A stretch of DNA of 30,043 nucleotides from Promethearchaeota archaeon. Lineage in GTDB: Archaea > Asgardarchaeota > Lokiarchaeia > Sigyniarchaeales > SOKP01. The notes below the pieces were generated by a model that saw only the letters and a program-made list of their open reading frames with translations, was not told where the DNA came from and did no database searches. Of the stretch, positions 9,976-19,095 are shown one piece after another (position 1 is the stretch's first letter; every line of letters begins with the position of its first letter). The stretch is taken from positions 28,014 through 58,056 of the forward strand of contig JBHLMP010000018.1 in NCBI GenBank assembly GCA_048938025.1. Reading direction: 5' to 3'. The position numbers were made by a program, and so were the translations under genes.

Positions 9976-10827
9976 TTATTCTAAATCAATTTTCTTTCCT
10001 GTAAAATCTCTTTGATGTTTGCCAAAATCTTTTATTTTCTTTAAAGTTTCTAGACTAAAAATTGGTCCGTCTTTACATACCAATAAACCTAATGGATCTA
10101 ATGTGCATAATCCGCATAAACCACAACCACACCTCATAATTCGTTCAAGACTGGCATAGAATTCAATAGAATACTTCTCACATATTTGAAATAATCTGTA
10201 TAACATAATTTCCGGACCACATGAATACACAATTAGATTTGATAGCTCTTCTTTAGTATAGTTTTTTATCAAATCCTCAAAAACATCAGAAGCAATTCCT
10301 TTTACTCCATAACTACCATCATCTGTACAAAAATGAAATTCTGAAAAATCTTGATTATATAATTGGAAATTATCAATAAAAATCAGTTCTTTATTAATTT
10401 TAGCTCCTTCAATGACAATAAAGTTATAGTTCATTCTTATTAATTCAGATGAGAGCCATTTTAAGGGTGCCATACCAATCCCCCCTCCAATTAAAAGTAA
10501 TTTTTTTGATTTATTAGTTGGGATTTGAAAATGATTACCTAAGGGTCCTCTTACGCCAATATAATCGCCTATATTTAAATTTTGTAATGCGTTTGTACAT
10601 TCTCCAACATCTTTTACTGTAATGGCACAATTACCATTATCATCACAGCCAGAAATTGACATAGGGATCTCATCTACTCCTGGAACCCAGACCATTACGA
10701 ATTGTCCTGGTTGTGGAGCAATATAATCTTTATTCTCCTTTTTCAGGTTAAAAAATAAGGTTTTAACACCATGACATTCATTAATAACTCTCTCAACTTT
10801 TACAGTTCTTATCATATTCTCAGTCAA
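9976..10827 (-). CDS. pyrK: Dihydroorotate dehydrogenase electron transfer subunit
   Basis: PGQFVMVW, RGPLGN, GGGIGMAP, CGPEIM, [2Fe-2S] motif MRCGCGLCGLC...VCKDGPIF; overlaps the pyrD stop. Start is TTG 10827 or ATG 10815. Confidence 0.93.
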   Translation of the reverse strand: MTENMIRTVKVERVINECHGVKTLFFNLKKENKDYIAPQPGQFVMVWVPGVDEIPMSISGCDDNGNCAITVKDVGECTNALQNLNIGDYIGVRGPLGNHFQIPTNKSKKLLLIGGGIGMAPLKWLSSELIRMNYNFIVIEGAKINKELIFIDNFQLYNQDFSEFHFCTDDGSYGVKGIASDVFEDLIKNYTKEELSNLIVYSCGPEIMLYRLFQICEKYSIEFYASLERIMRCGCGLCGLCTLDPLGLLVCKDGPIFSLETLKKIKDFGKHQRDFTGKKIDLE

Positions 10828-11746
10828 AATCTGGCACCTCTTGTATTTTGAACTTATGAGCTAAACCTTTTATGTCATTTATTGATTTATATTGGTGTTC
10901 CTTGAGGTATTGAATTATTCCTTTATTAATTTCCTTAATAATTTCAATTTCTCTATATAAAGCAGTACCTATTTGTACTGCTGAAGCTCCAGCTAAGAAA
11001 AATTCAATAACATCCTCCCATGAATCAATCCCTCCACAGCCAATTATAGGAATGTTTAAAATTTTATATAAATCATACACTTTTTTTATGGCTATTGGAT
11101 GTATTGCTTTCCCTGATAGTCCACCACTTCCGTGAGATAAGATAGGTCTTTTTGTATTCACATCTATTTTTAATGCTGTTAAAGTGTTTATTGCAACTAC
11201 TCCATCAGCACCTCCCTTTTCAGCAGCTAAAGCAATATCTCCTAAAAATGTTACATTAGGGTTTAATTTCACAAAAAGTGGTACTGATAAATGTTCTTTT
11301 AGATATTTCACTACTTTATAAGTTAAATCTTTATCAATTCCAATTGAGGCAACTTCTGCATGAGGGCAAGAAATATTAATTTCAATAGCATCAGCTCCGG
11401 CTTTTTCAGCTTTAGTTGCTACTTCAAGATAAACCTCTTTTGTATCTCCAAACACACTCACAATTAACGGAATATTATTTTTTTTTATCTCTTTAATCTC
11501 TAGTATAAATTCATCGATTCCAGGATTCCCCAGTCCAACACTATTCATAAAAGTTCCCGGATAGATCTCAATTATTGAGGGGTTTTTATATCCTTTTCTT
11601 GATTTTTGTCCTATAGATTTAGTAGTTACCGCACCAGCTCCAGCATTAATGACTCGTTTCATCGAAGAAAAAGATACTCCTAAAACTCCTGAAGCTAAAA
11701 TTATAGGAGATTTTAGTTTTAAACCGGATAGATTTATTTCTAGCAT
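10820..11746 (-). CDS. pyrD: Dihydroorotate dehydrogenase family 1B catalytic subunit
   Basis: ASG, TTKS, NSVGLGNPG, EINISCPH (catalytic Cys), INT, GGLSGKAIHP, IIGCGGI, GASAVQIGTA. Confidence 0.95.
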   Translation of the reverse strand: MLEINLSGLKLKSPIILASGVLGVSFSSMKRVINAGAGAVTTKSIGQKSRKGYKNPSIIEIYPGTFMNSVGLGNPGIDEFILEIKEIKKNNIPLIVSVFGDTKEVYLEVATKAEKAGADAIEINISCPHAEVASIGIDKDLTYKVVKYLKEHLSVPLFVKLNPNVTFLGDIALAAEKGGADGVVAINTLTALKIDVNTKRPILSHGSGGLSGKAIHPIAIKKVYDLYKILNIPIIGCGGIDSWEDVIEFFLAGASAVQIGTALYREIEIIKEINKGIIQYLKEHQYKSINDIKGLAHKFKIQEVPDFD

Positions 11747-11823
11747 TTTTTAAAAGAAAATAATGATTATAATTTTATAATAATTATTAATGAAGATAAA
11801 ACAAGATAGATTAAAAAAGAAAA

Positions 11824-13035
11824 ATGAAATCTTATATCGCAGATACATTAATAGGAATTTTTGCGGTTGATGAGACCGGAAATATTGTGAATTTTATTGA
11901 TTTTGATGGTGATAATGCAAAAATTATTGAATTTTATAATGCCATCGAAAAAAATGTGATTTTGAAAATATATGAAGATTTCCTACTCGAATTAACTAAT
12001 TCCGGTTTTAGTGAATTCATTTTCGATAATAAAAAGCTAGAAATATTAACTTCAACCAATTTAGGATACAATACAATATTTAAAAATTTGTCAATGGAGC
12101 TAAAGAATTTTCGTTTAACGTTGGAACACCAATTAAAAAAAGTAGGGATATATAAAACTCAAAATGAAATACTTAGACAATATAAAGAGATAAGTGAGCA
12201 ATTAACAAAAATAAAAGTAAGTCAAGCAGGAGGAAAAGCTGATATAATTATAATACAAATAATTACCACATTAGATATTATTAAGAAATCACTAAATTTG
12301 TTTTCTGCCCGGCTGAGGGAGTGGTATGGTCTACATTTTCCAGAATTAACAGATAAAATAATTGATGATGATATTATATTAGCAAGTTTAGTATCAACTT
12401 TAGGTTATAGAAATAAATTTACTGTAGAAAATTTAAAGGAGAATTTTGATCTTAAAGAAAGAACAATTGAAATGTTAACACAACAAGCTTCAGAATCTAT
12501 GGGTGCAGATATTGATCTTACAATTATACAAAATTATGCTCAACAAATTATTGCTTTAGATCGATATAGACAAGAATTAGAAATATATTTAGAAGACTTA
12601 GTTGAAAAAACAGCTCCAAATGTTAATGCCATTATAGGCTCTTTAATAGGAGCAAAATTAATCGCAAAAGCTGGTGGTTTAAGAAAGTTGGCTTTTATGC
12701 CAGCATCTAGAATTCAACTACTAGGAGCTGAAAAAGCGTTATATCGCTTCCTTAAAACAGGAGAAAAAAGACCTAAACATGGTTTGATTTTTCAGTGGTC
12801 TCAAATTAGGTCAGCAAAACCGTGGATTAGAGGTAAAATAGCTCGTCTTGTCGCTGGTAAAATTGGACTATCTGCAAAAGTTGACTTTTTCTCTGGCGAA
12901 TTTATTGGGGACATTTTATCTAAAGAGGTTCAGGAGAAAATAAAAGAAATTGAAGATAAATATCCTAATCCTCCTAAAAAAAATAAATCAGGTAAAATAA
13001 AACAAAAAACAAGAAGTAAAAAGAAAAAAAATTGA
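11824..13035 (+). CDS. nop5: Box C/D sRNP protein Nop5 (Nop56/58 family)
   Basis: RLREWYGLHFPEL, APN...IGAKLIAKAGGL, PASRIQLLGAEKALYR, PKHGLIFQ, RGKIAR; Lys-rich tail. Confidence 0.95.
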   Translation: MKSYIADTLIGIFAVDETGNIVNFIDFDGDNAKIIEFYNAIEKNVILKIYEDFLLELTNSGFSEFIFDNKKLEILTSTNLGYNTIFKNLSMELKNFRLTLEHQLKKVGIYKTQNEILRQYKEISEQLTKIKVSQAGGKADIIIIQIITTLDIIKKSLNLFSARLREWYGLHFPELTDKIIDDDIILASLVSTLGYRNKFTVENLKENFDLKERTIEMLTQQASESMGADIDLTIIQNYAQQIIALDRYRQELEIYLEDLVEKTAPNVNAIIGSLIGAKLIAKAGGLRKLAFMPASRIQLLGAEKALYRFLKTGEKRPKHGLIFQWSQIRSAKPWIRGKIARLVAGKIGLSAKVDFFSGEFIGDILSKEVQEKIKEIEDKYPNPPKKNKSGKIKQKTRSKKKKN

Positions 13036-13052
13036 GGGTTTTTATTTTAAAA

Positions 13053-13754
13053 ATGATAAATATTGAAATTCGAAATCATCCAAAATTTTATAATGTCTAT
13101 ATATCAGGACCTCAAGAAAACTTAAAACTCTATACTAAAAATTTAACTTTAGGGAATAGAGTGTATGGGGAGCGATTAATTAATTATAAGGGGATTGAAT
13201 ACCGAGAATGGGATCCCTTTAGGAGTAAGCTAGCAGCTATATTATTAGAAAATCCTATTATTAGCTTTTTAAATAGTAACTTAAAATGTTTGTATTTAGG
13301 ATCATCATCAGGAACAACAATTTCTCATCTTTCAGATATTGTTCATGACGGAATAATTTATGGTATAGAATTTGCGGAACGAAGTATGAGACAACTAATT
13401 CAAAATACGTCTAAAAGAGCAAATATTGTACCGATATTAGGAGATGCTCGGTATCCAGAAACCTACTCAAATTCAATTTTTACTGATATAGATTTAATTT
13501 ATCAAGATGTTTCTCAACCAAATCAAGCTGAGATTGCTATTCTTAATTCAAATTATTATTTAAATGATGAAGGCACAATCATAGTAGCTATAAAATCTCA
13601 ATCAATAGATAGTATTACTAAATCAGAAAAAATTTATAGACATGAGAGAGATATTTTTGAAAAATCTGGTTATAAGATAATAGAAAGTATAAATATTCAT
13701 AGATACGCTGCTAATCACATAGTTTTAATAGTAAAGAAACAGGAAATTAGTTAA
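13053..13754 (+). CDS. flpA: Fibrillarin-like rRNA/tRNA 2'-O-methyltransferase
   Basis: VYGE, EYREWDPFRSKLAA, LYLGSSSGTTISHLSDI, NIVPILGDAR, YQDVSQPNQAEI; directly follows nop5. ATG at 13053 preferred over TTG at 13032. Confidence 0.95.
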   Translation: MINIEIRNHPKFYNVYISGPQENLKLYTKNLTLGNRVYGERLINYKGIEYREWDPFRSKLAAILLENPIISFLNSNLKCLYLGSSSGTTISHLSDIVHDGIIYGIEFAERSMRQLIQNTSKRANIVPILGDARYPETYSNSIFTDIDLIYQDVSQPNQAEIAILNSNYYLNDEGTIIVAIKSQSIDSITKSEKIYRHERDIFEKSGYKIIESINIHRYAANHIVLIVKKQEIS

Positions 13755-14475
13755 AATATTCAGTAATTTTTCTATTCTTTACTTCTTCATTTAAGATTTT
13801 TTTTGTTGTATCCCAGGATTTCCTGGCAAATTGAGGGGGATTTTTATTTTTTTTAATCCATTCTCTGAGGAAATCTGTCGTTTTTATATCAGAAGGATAA
13901 CCCGAGCCAAAATCACCAAACTTTTCTTTCAATTCTTCTATTAATTTATCTCTTATATCTTTTGCAATTATTGAACTTGCCGAGACTATAGGATATGTAT
14001 CATCAGCTTTATGTTTAGAAATAATTTGCCTTGGCGTATATTCTAATAACTTTCTAATTGATTCTCCGAATCTTTCTTCAATGACATCCGCAGCATCGAT
14101 ATAGATACTATCTGGTTTTAAAACATTTATAATCTCAGCAATTTTTAATTCTTCAAGTCTGTTCATAGAAATATTTCTCTCTTTTCTCTGATCGATCTGC
14201 TTAGCATTAATTATGATAACTTTATAAGATTGACAATTATCTTTTATTGCTTTAGCTAATTCACTTCTTCTTTTAGTGGATAATTTTTTAGAATCCTTAA
14301 CACCTATTTTAGATAAAAAATCTAGTTTTGATCCTTTAAAACAAACACCACACAAAACCATTGGACCTAAGACGGGCCCTTTTCGCACATAATTCGAATT
14401 GAACTATATTCTACCAGCCTCGTCTATACCACAAACTATGTCTAATTCTTTATTATGATTCTTGGACGAGTTCAA
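13747..14475 (-). CDS. rnhB: Ribonuclease HII, interrupted by a 30-nt putative intron (exon 1 14475-14411, exon 2 14380-13747; 232 aa after splicing)
   Basis: Exon 1 encodes ...ELDIVCGIDEAGR. Exon 2 encodes GPVLGPMV...GVKDSKKLS...YIDAAD...KHKADDTYPIVSASSIIAKDIRD...GSGYPSD and a PIP-box-like C-terminus (RKITEYF). Start is TTG 14475 (preceded by GAGGA) or ATG 14493. The ORF-track start (GTG 14388) lies inside the insertion. Confidence 0.9.
14381..14410 (-). other. Putative bulge-helix-bulge (BHB) pre-mRNA intron, 30 nt
   Basis: mRNA sense A AUAUAGUUC AAUUC GAAUUAUGU GCGA AA. It contains an in-frame UAG and a 9-bp internal hairpin, and has 3-nt bulges AGA and AAA flanking a 4-nt central helix. 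Removal restores DEAGRGP. Confidence 0.85.
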
Positions 14476-15457
14476 TGAATTCCTCTTCGTCATCAATTTC
14501 TTCTAAATTTTTAATTCTAACAATAGGAATTTTATTTTTCAAGAAAGTATCTGGGATTTTAATATTGTTATTTACTATAAAGAGTGCAATTTTATGAAAT
14601 AAGTCAGTAAACATTTTTAAGCATATAGGATTTAACTGTTTAATCTTGTTTTGATCTTCGCTAATTCCTGAAAAGAGAGGATAAAAACCTTCTATTTTAG
14701 ACCTGTCAGTTTTGGAATATAAGGATAATTTAAACGGGATAGAGCCTTTTTTATACCAATATGAAGAAATTCCAATATCTTTGAATATTGATTGAACATG
14801 AGATTCAAAATCACTTAATTCGCTCTCCTCCATAAAAGCAAATTGATCTATTTCATATTTGAATTTCCAGTCAAAAACATTGATTTTTTTAAAAATTTCA
14901 CTATCTTCTAAAATGCTTTTAATATTTTCAGCTACTTTTTCAGAAGGATGCATACTTTCATTTTCATACGCACATACAGTTCTTTTTGTGACTCCAAGTT
15001 TTTCTGATAATTCTTTTCTCGATATTGATTGCTTTTCTCGCAGGGTTTTCATCAAATTACCATTTACAAATACAATCCCTCCCCCTCTCTTAGCAAGCAT
15101 ATAAGGGTATATATTTTCCTCTAATATCTTTTTTAAAGTATTAAAAGTTATAAATGGCAATCCATTTCTAATATAAATAGTGTCATCTTCTAATTTTTGA
15201 TATCGATTCCGAATTCCAATTAATAGTGGCTTCGATTTTAGTATTAAGGATAAAGATTTAATATCATTAATTGTATCGGGATTTATATTATCAATATTCG
15301 GGACAATTTTTAAGCTAAAAATTAAATTATTCTTTTTAACTAATATATCAAAACAGAATTTGTTTCTTTTTGAGGAAAAATTGTCTAAAGCAAATGTTTC
15401 GAAATTTGCCTTCCTTAATAAAATATTAATTTTCTGAAGAATCTGATCAATCATCAA
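14453..15457 (-). CDS. Archaeal HTH (Cro/C1-type) transcriptional regulator, COG1395-like
   Basis: CFDILVKK, KIVPNIDNI, LEDDTIYIRNGLP, KRGG, HTH LREKQSISRKELSEKLGVTKRTVCAYE. Confidence 0.85.
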   Translation of the reverse strand: MMIDQILQKINILLRKANFETFALDNFSSKRNKFCFDILVKKNNLIFSLKIVPNIDNINPDTINDIKSLSLILKSKPLLIGIRNRYQKLEDDTIYIRNGLPFITFNTLKKILEENIYPYMLAKRGGGIVFVNGNLMKTLREKQSISRKELSEKLGVTKRTVCAYENESMHPSEKVAENIKSILEDSEIFKKINVFDWKFKYEIDQFAFMEESELSDFESHVQSIFKDIGISSYWYKKGSIPFKLSLYSKTDRSKIEGFYPLFSGISEDQNKIKQLNPICLKMFTDLFHKIALFIVNNNIKIPDTFLKNKIPIVRIKNLEEIDDEEEFIELVQES

Positions 15458-15555
15458 TTCTATTTACTCTAAAGGCTGAATACTATTAAAAAATTATTCT
15501 TTTATATAATAAATATTAAATTATCAATAAATACTTTCTATTTAATATTATTTTA

Positions 15556-16125
15556 TTATTTATTGGTTATTTTAAGTAAATCTGAATCTGTAATAATTCC
15601 TATAAATCTATGATTAATATCTTTTACTAATACTGCAGGGTACTTAACAAGTAAATTCGAGATATCTTTAATATTCCATTTTTTATCAACTTCTGGAAAA
15701 GGAAGCTCTTTTATAATAGATATATCTGTATTTATAAGTTGTGAATTATCAGTAAGGGTTTTTTGTATTTTTTTAGATGTTAAACTACCCATATTTTGTC
15801 CATTTTCTATTATAGGGAGTTGAGAAATTTCATTGTTATTCATTAGATCTACTGCTTCTCTTATAGTCGAACTAGATTTGATGGATATAATATTTTTTGT
15901 CATAATATCCTCAGCATGCTTTTTTAATTTTTCTCTCTCTGCTCGTTTTTTCTCTAAATGCTCAAATATCAATTCAACTTTAGAATATGGCGGATCTATA
16001 GTATTATTTTCAATTCTAGAAATTGTAGATTGTGGAATACTACAAAGAACTCCTAGTTCTTTTTGAGTTATATTTAATTTCTTTCTTAAAGGCTTAATTT
16101 CACTCAAAGAAGGTAATTTTTTCAT
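15556..16125 (-). CDS. XRE-type HTH plus CBS-pair transcriptional regulator
   Basis: LRKKLNITQKELG...QSTISRIENNTIDP HTH; CBS motifs AEDIMTKNII, ISQLPII, GIITDSDLL. Confidence 0.9.
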   Translation of the reverse strand: MKKLPSLSEIKPLRKKLNITQKELGVLCSIPQSTISRIENNTIDPPYSKVELIFEHLEKKRAEREKLKKHAEDIMTKNIISIKSSSTIREAVDLMNNNEISQLPIIENGQNMGSLTSKKIQKTLTDNSQLINTDISIIKELPFPEVDKKWNIKDISNLLVKYPAVLVKDINHRFIGIITDSDLLKITNK

Positions 16126-16315
16126 ATTTTCTAGAAATTAACATTATGCTTTTTATGCATAATATAATTACAAAATATTTATAAAAATTATTAATTATAA
16201 ATTTATATAAAATGAATTTATTCCTTTTTTCGTTTAATAATGATTTTAACTGATAATTAATTTAAAAACATACTTAAACCAAATATTTATTTAATTAAGA
16301 AGATGGTTAAATGAA

Positions 16316-17563
16316 ATGTTAAAAATTGAACATTTAGACTCAAAGTTCGCTGTTGAACGTTCTGAATTTCCAGAGCTCGTTGAAAGAAAAGGAGTCGGAC
16401 ATCCTGATACTGTTTGTGATGCTGTAGCCGATGCATGCTCTAGATCGCTATGTGGTTACTATTTGGAGAATTTCAACCGTGTATATCATCATAATGTAGA
16501 TAAAGCAGCACTGGTAGGCGGAGTCGCCAAACCAGAGTTTGGCGGAGGATTAATTATCCAACCACAATATTTTCTGATTGTTGGAAGGGCTATTAATCAA
16601 ATATTAATAGAATGTGCTCCAGGAGAACATAAATTAGAATATATCCCCATTGCAACGATTTGCCTTGAAACTTCCCGTCAAGTTATGGGAAATATATTCC
16701 GCAATCTTGATTTAAATAAAGATATACAATTTGATACAGCTATTCGACCAGGTTCTACTGATTTAACTGGTTTATTTGATGAATCTCATCATTCCGAAGA
16801 AGTTCCCTTAGCAAATGATACTAGTTTTGGAGTAGGATATGCCCCTTATTCAGATGTAGAGCGAGTAACTCTTGAAACTGAAAGATTAATTAATTCAGAT
16901 AAATTTAAGGATAAATGTAAAGCTTCTGGTGAAGATATAAAAGTCATGACTGAAAGGGTTGGAAATAACATAGGTATTACAATAGCAGCAGCTATGATTA
17001 GTAAATATATTAATGACCTTGGTGAATATGTTAATTATACTAATCAGATTAAGGATGCTGTCTTAGATTTAGCAGCAGATATAATTCCAGAACGAGAAGT
17101 TACTTGTCAGGTAAATGTTGCTGATATTTTAGAGAAGAACCTAATTTACTTAACAATAACTGGCACTAGTGCTGAATCAGGTGATGATGGAGAGGTAGGA
17201 CGAGGAAATAGAAGTAATGGTTTAATAACCCCCTGTAGACCGATGAGTTTAGAAGCAGTATGCGGCAAGAATCCGATTAATCATGTTGGAAAGATTTATA
17301 ATATCCTTAGTACTAATATGGCAAGAGAAATTCATAAAAGAGGGCAAGGAGATATCATTGAAGTCCATGTAAAATTACTCTCTCAAATTGGAAGACCAAT
17401 TACAGATCCATGGATTAATTCTATCAATTTAATCCCTGCAGAGAATGTTAATTTTAGCAGCATTGAAAAAATTGCTAAAGAAGTTTCGGAAGAGATGCTG
17501 AGCAAAGAAAAATTAATAGTATTAAGAAAGCGTCTGATAGAAGGTAAGGAACAAGTATATTAA
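16316..17563 (+). CDS. mat: S-adenosylmethionine synthetase, archaeal type
   Basis: [79 protein letters not shown]. Confidence 0.96.
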   Translation: MLKIEHLDSKFAVERSEFPELVERKGVGHPDTVCDAVADACSRSLCGYYLENFNRVYHHNVDKAALVGGVAKPEFGGGLIIQPQYFLIVGRAINQILIECAPGEHKLEYIPIATICLETSRQVMGNIFRNLDLNKDIQFDTAIRPGSTDLTGLFDESHHSEEVPLANDTSFGVGYAPYSDVERVTLETERLINSDKFKDKCKASGEDIKVMTERVGNNIGITIAAAMISKYINDLGEYVNYTNQIKDAVLDLAADIIPEREVTCQVNVADILEKNLIYLTITGTSAESGDDGEVGRGNRSNGLITPCRPMSLEAVCGKNPINHVGKIYNILSTNMAREIHKRGQGDIIEVHVKLLSQIGRPITDPWINSINLIPAENVNFSSIEKIAKEVSEEMLSKEKLIVLRKRLIEGKEQVY

Positions 17564-17583
17564 AATAAATTTTTCATTAGAGC

Positions 17584-17607
17584 TTTTTTATTTTTTTTAT
17601 ATTTTTA
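17584..17607 (+). terminator. Oligo-T tracts downstream of mat (possible archaeal intrinsic terminator)
   Basis: TTTTTTATTTTTTTTATATTTTT about 20 nt after the stop; the AT-rich background weakens the signal. Confidence 0.35.
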
Positions 17608-17720
17608 TTAGTTAATATATTATGAGTTCAGAATAAAGATATATTCAAAATTAATAAAAAAAATATATTAATAGAATTAATTCGAATTTAAAAATAAGAT
17701 AGAGTTAATGTGATAAAAAT

Positions 17721-18014
17721 TTGGGTTTAGATAAATGGCTTAAACCAGAGGAAGAGGTTAAGACGCTTAAAAGGAGAGAAAAAGAAGATAAAGATAAATC
17801 GTTACAGAAGGATTCTAAGCCCAAAAAAGAAAAGAACGAGACAAATGCACGGAAATCAGTTGAAAGAACAATAAAAAAGCTATCCAAATTTGAACTCATT
17901 TGTGCAAATAGAAAATGTAAATATCAAAAAACAATTATGAAAAAACTACTCACAGAAAAGGATAAAACGTGTCCGAGATGTAGTGGTGTGATGAAAGTTA
18001 AAAAACTGAATTGA
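17721..18014 (+). CDS. Small charged protein with C-terminal zinc ribbon
   Basis: TTG start; CANRKC...CPRC; Lys/Glu-rich linker; N-terminal GLDKWL. Confidence 0.65.
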   Translation: MGLDKWLKPEEEVKTLKRREKEDKDKSLQKDSKPKKEKNETNARKSVERTIKKLSKFELICANRKCKYQKTIMKKLLTEKDKTCPRCSGVMKVKKLN

Positions 18015-18028
18015 AAAAAAGTTTTCTT

Positions 18029-18253
18029 CTAATTTACAGGAAGGCTTTTGAGATCAAAAACTGATTCGCAATTGGGACATGTGTTTGGCTTCTTGCTGTA
18101 TTTTAAGATAAAGTAAATTATAAAACCCAAACCTAAGGTTAGGATGACGAGGAAGCATAAAACTTCATGGTAAATATGTTGAAAATTTGGTCGCCTTAAT
18201 ACGACTTCTCTCTCGCATGTTGGACAATAAACAGTTTTTTTCCCCGTATTCAT
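18029..18253 (-). CDS. LITAF-like zinc-ribbon membrane protein
   Basis: CPTC, then hydrophobic VLCFLVILTLGLGFIIYFIL, then CPNC; ATG at 18253. Confidence 0.7.
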   Translation of the reverse strand: MNTGKKTVYCPTCEREVVLRRPNFQHIYHEVLCFLVILTLGLGFIIYFILKYSKKPNTCPNCESVFDLKSLPVN

Positions 18254-18300
18254 CAACTACTGTAATTGAGTTCTTAATATTAAATTATATTTATCAAAAT

Positions 18301-19095
18301 TTAATTATTTTTGTCGAGATTGAAATCATAGTCAATCTTTTTCTTTTTTTTTGCTGGCCTTCCAATGTGTATAAATTTTGGCTCAAGATATTGATTAACT
18401 TGTGTATAGCTTCCCATTCCTAGGATAGCTCCTTCTCCTACTATAGTTCCTGGAGAGATAACACTAAATGCACCAATTGTACAACCATCTTTTAGAATGA
18501 CCTTTTTTAGAAGAAGAAAATCACCAAAAATCATTGAGCTCATAATGATAGAACCTTCCCCTAAAATAGTATTCTCACCAATTTCTACGAAATCTGAATC
18601 AATATAACTATCTAATAAACCTGAATTATACGATACTTTTATGTTGCAGATTTTAAGAGCAAATATTTTTACCCAAGGTAATGGAAAGTAGTTATAAGTC
18701 TTTAAGACAAATTTTTTTATCGTTTTTCTTAAAATAAAGAATAAATAGTCTTTATCCCTAAGGTTTCTTTTGAAAATTCCCTCTCTTGGACGGTGGATTA
18801 AATTTATAAGAATTAAGAGTAATTTGGAATAAAAAAGAAGAAATACTAAGAAAAGTCCAAAATAAAGAATAATTAATATGGGTAAGAAGCATATTACTCC
18901 TATTGGAGTGAGCCAAATTGAAAATAAATTAAAAAAAAATTGAAATAATAAAATCGTAGGAAAAACTGAAAGCCATATTAAAATAATATAGATCCAAGAA
19001 AACCAATTCTCATTTAAAGAATTGTTTGTTACAATAATACTCCTAATTCCTGTATCATAATCTGTATTTTCCATTAAATTTTTATTTGGTTTCAT
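18301..19095 (-). CDS. Membrane protein with left-handed beta-helix (hexapeptide repeat) domain, one module
   Basis: Two TM helices, HRPREGIF, then hexapeptide repeats IGENTILGEGSII, LKDGCTIGAFSVISPGTIVGEGAILG, ending GRPAK; overlaps the upstream stop by 4 bp. Confidence 0.8.
   Translation of the reverse strand: MKPNKNLMENTDYDTGIRSIIVTNNSLNENWFSWIYIILIWLSVFPTILLFQFFFNLFSIWLTPIGVICFLPILIILYFGLFLVFLLFYSKLLLILINLIHRPREGIFKRNLRDKDYLFFILRKTIKKFVLKTYNYFPLPWVKIFALKICNIKVSYNSGLLDSYIDSDFVEIGENTILGEGSIIMSSMIFGDFLLLKKVILKDGCTIGAFSVISPGTIVGEGAILGMGSYTQVNQYLEPKFIHIGRPAKKKKKIDYDFNLDKNN

Noticed and set aside
13747-14388. ORF-track rnhB starting at GTG 14388, or rnhB as a pseudogene
   Set aside because: That product lacks the catalytic Asp and Glu, which are encoded in frame just upstream. 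All other motifs are intact with no further lesions, so decay is unlikely, though not excluded without RNA data.
14404-14406. In-frame UAG in rnhB read as pyrrolysine or stop-codon readthrough
   Set aside because: Readthrough would leave a 10-residue insertion inside the invariant DEAGRGP active-site motif, and no pyl genes are visible. Precise BHB excision explains the sequence better.
14391-14415. tRNA-like words (GGTAGAA, TAGTTCAATT, TTCGAAT) and the palindrome AATTCGAATT in and around the intron
   Set aside because: Too short and in the wrong order for a tRNA or tRNA half; no acceptor or anticodon arm.
16588-16623. Second BHB-like fold inside mat (CTATTAAT/ATTAATAG hairpin; TGGA/TCCA helix; 36 nt in frame)
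   Set aside because: It contains no stop, exon pairing is poor, and removal would delete the conserved Ala of GRA and make a normally variable loop shorter than in homologues I recall. Probably chance.
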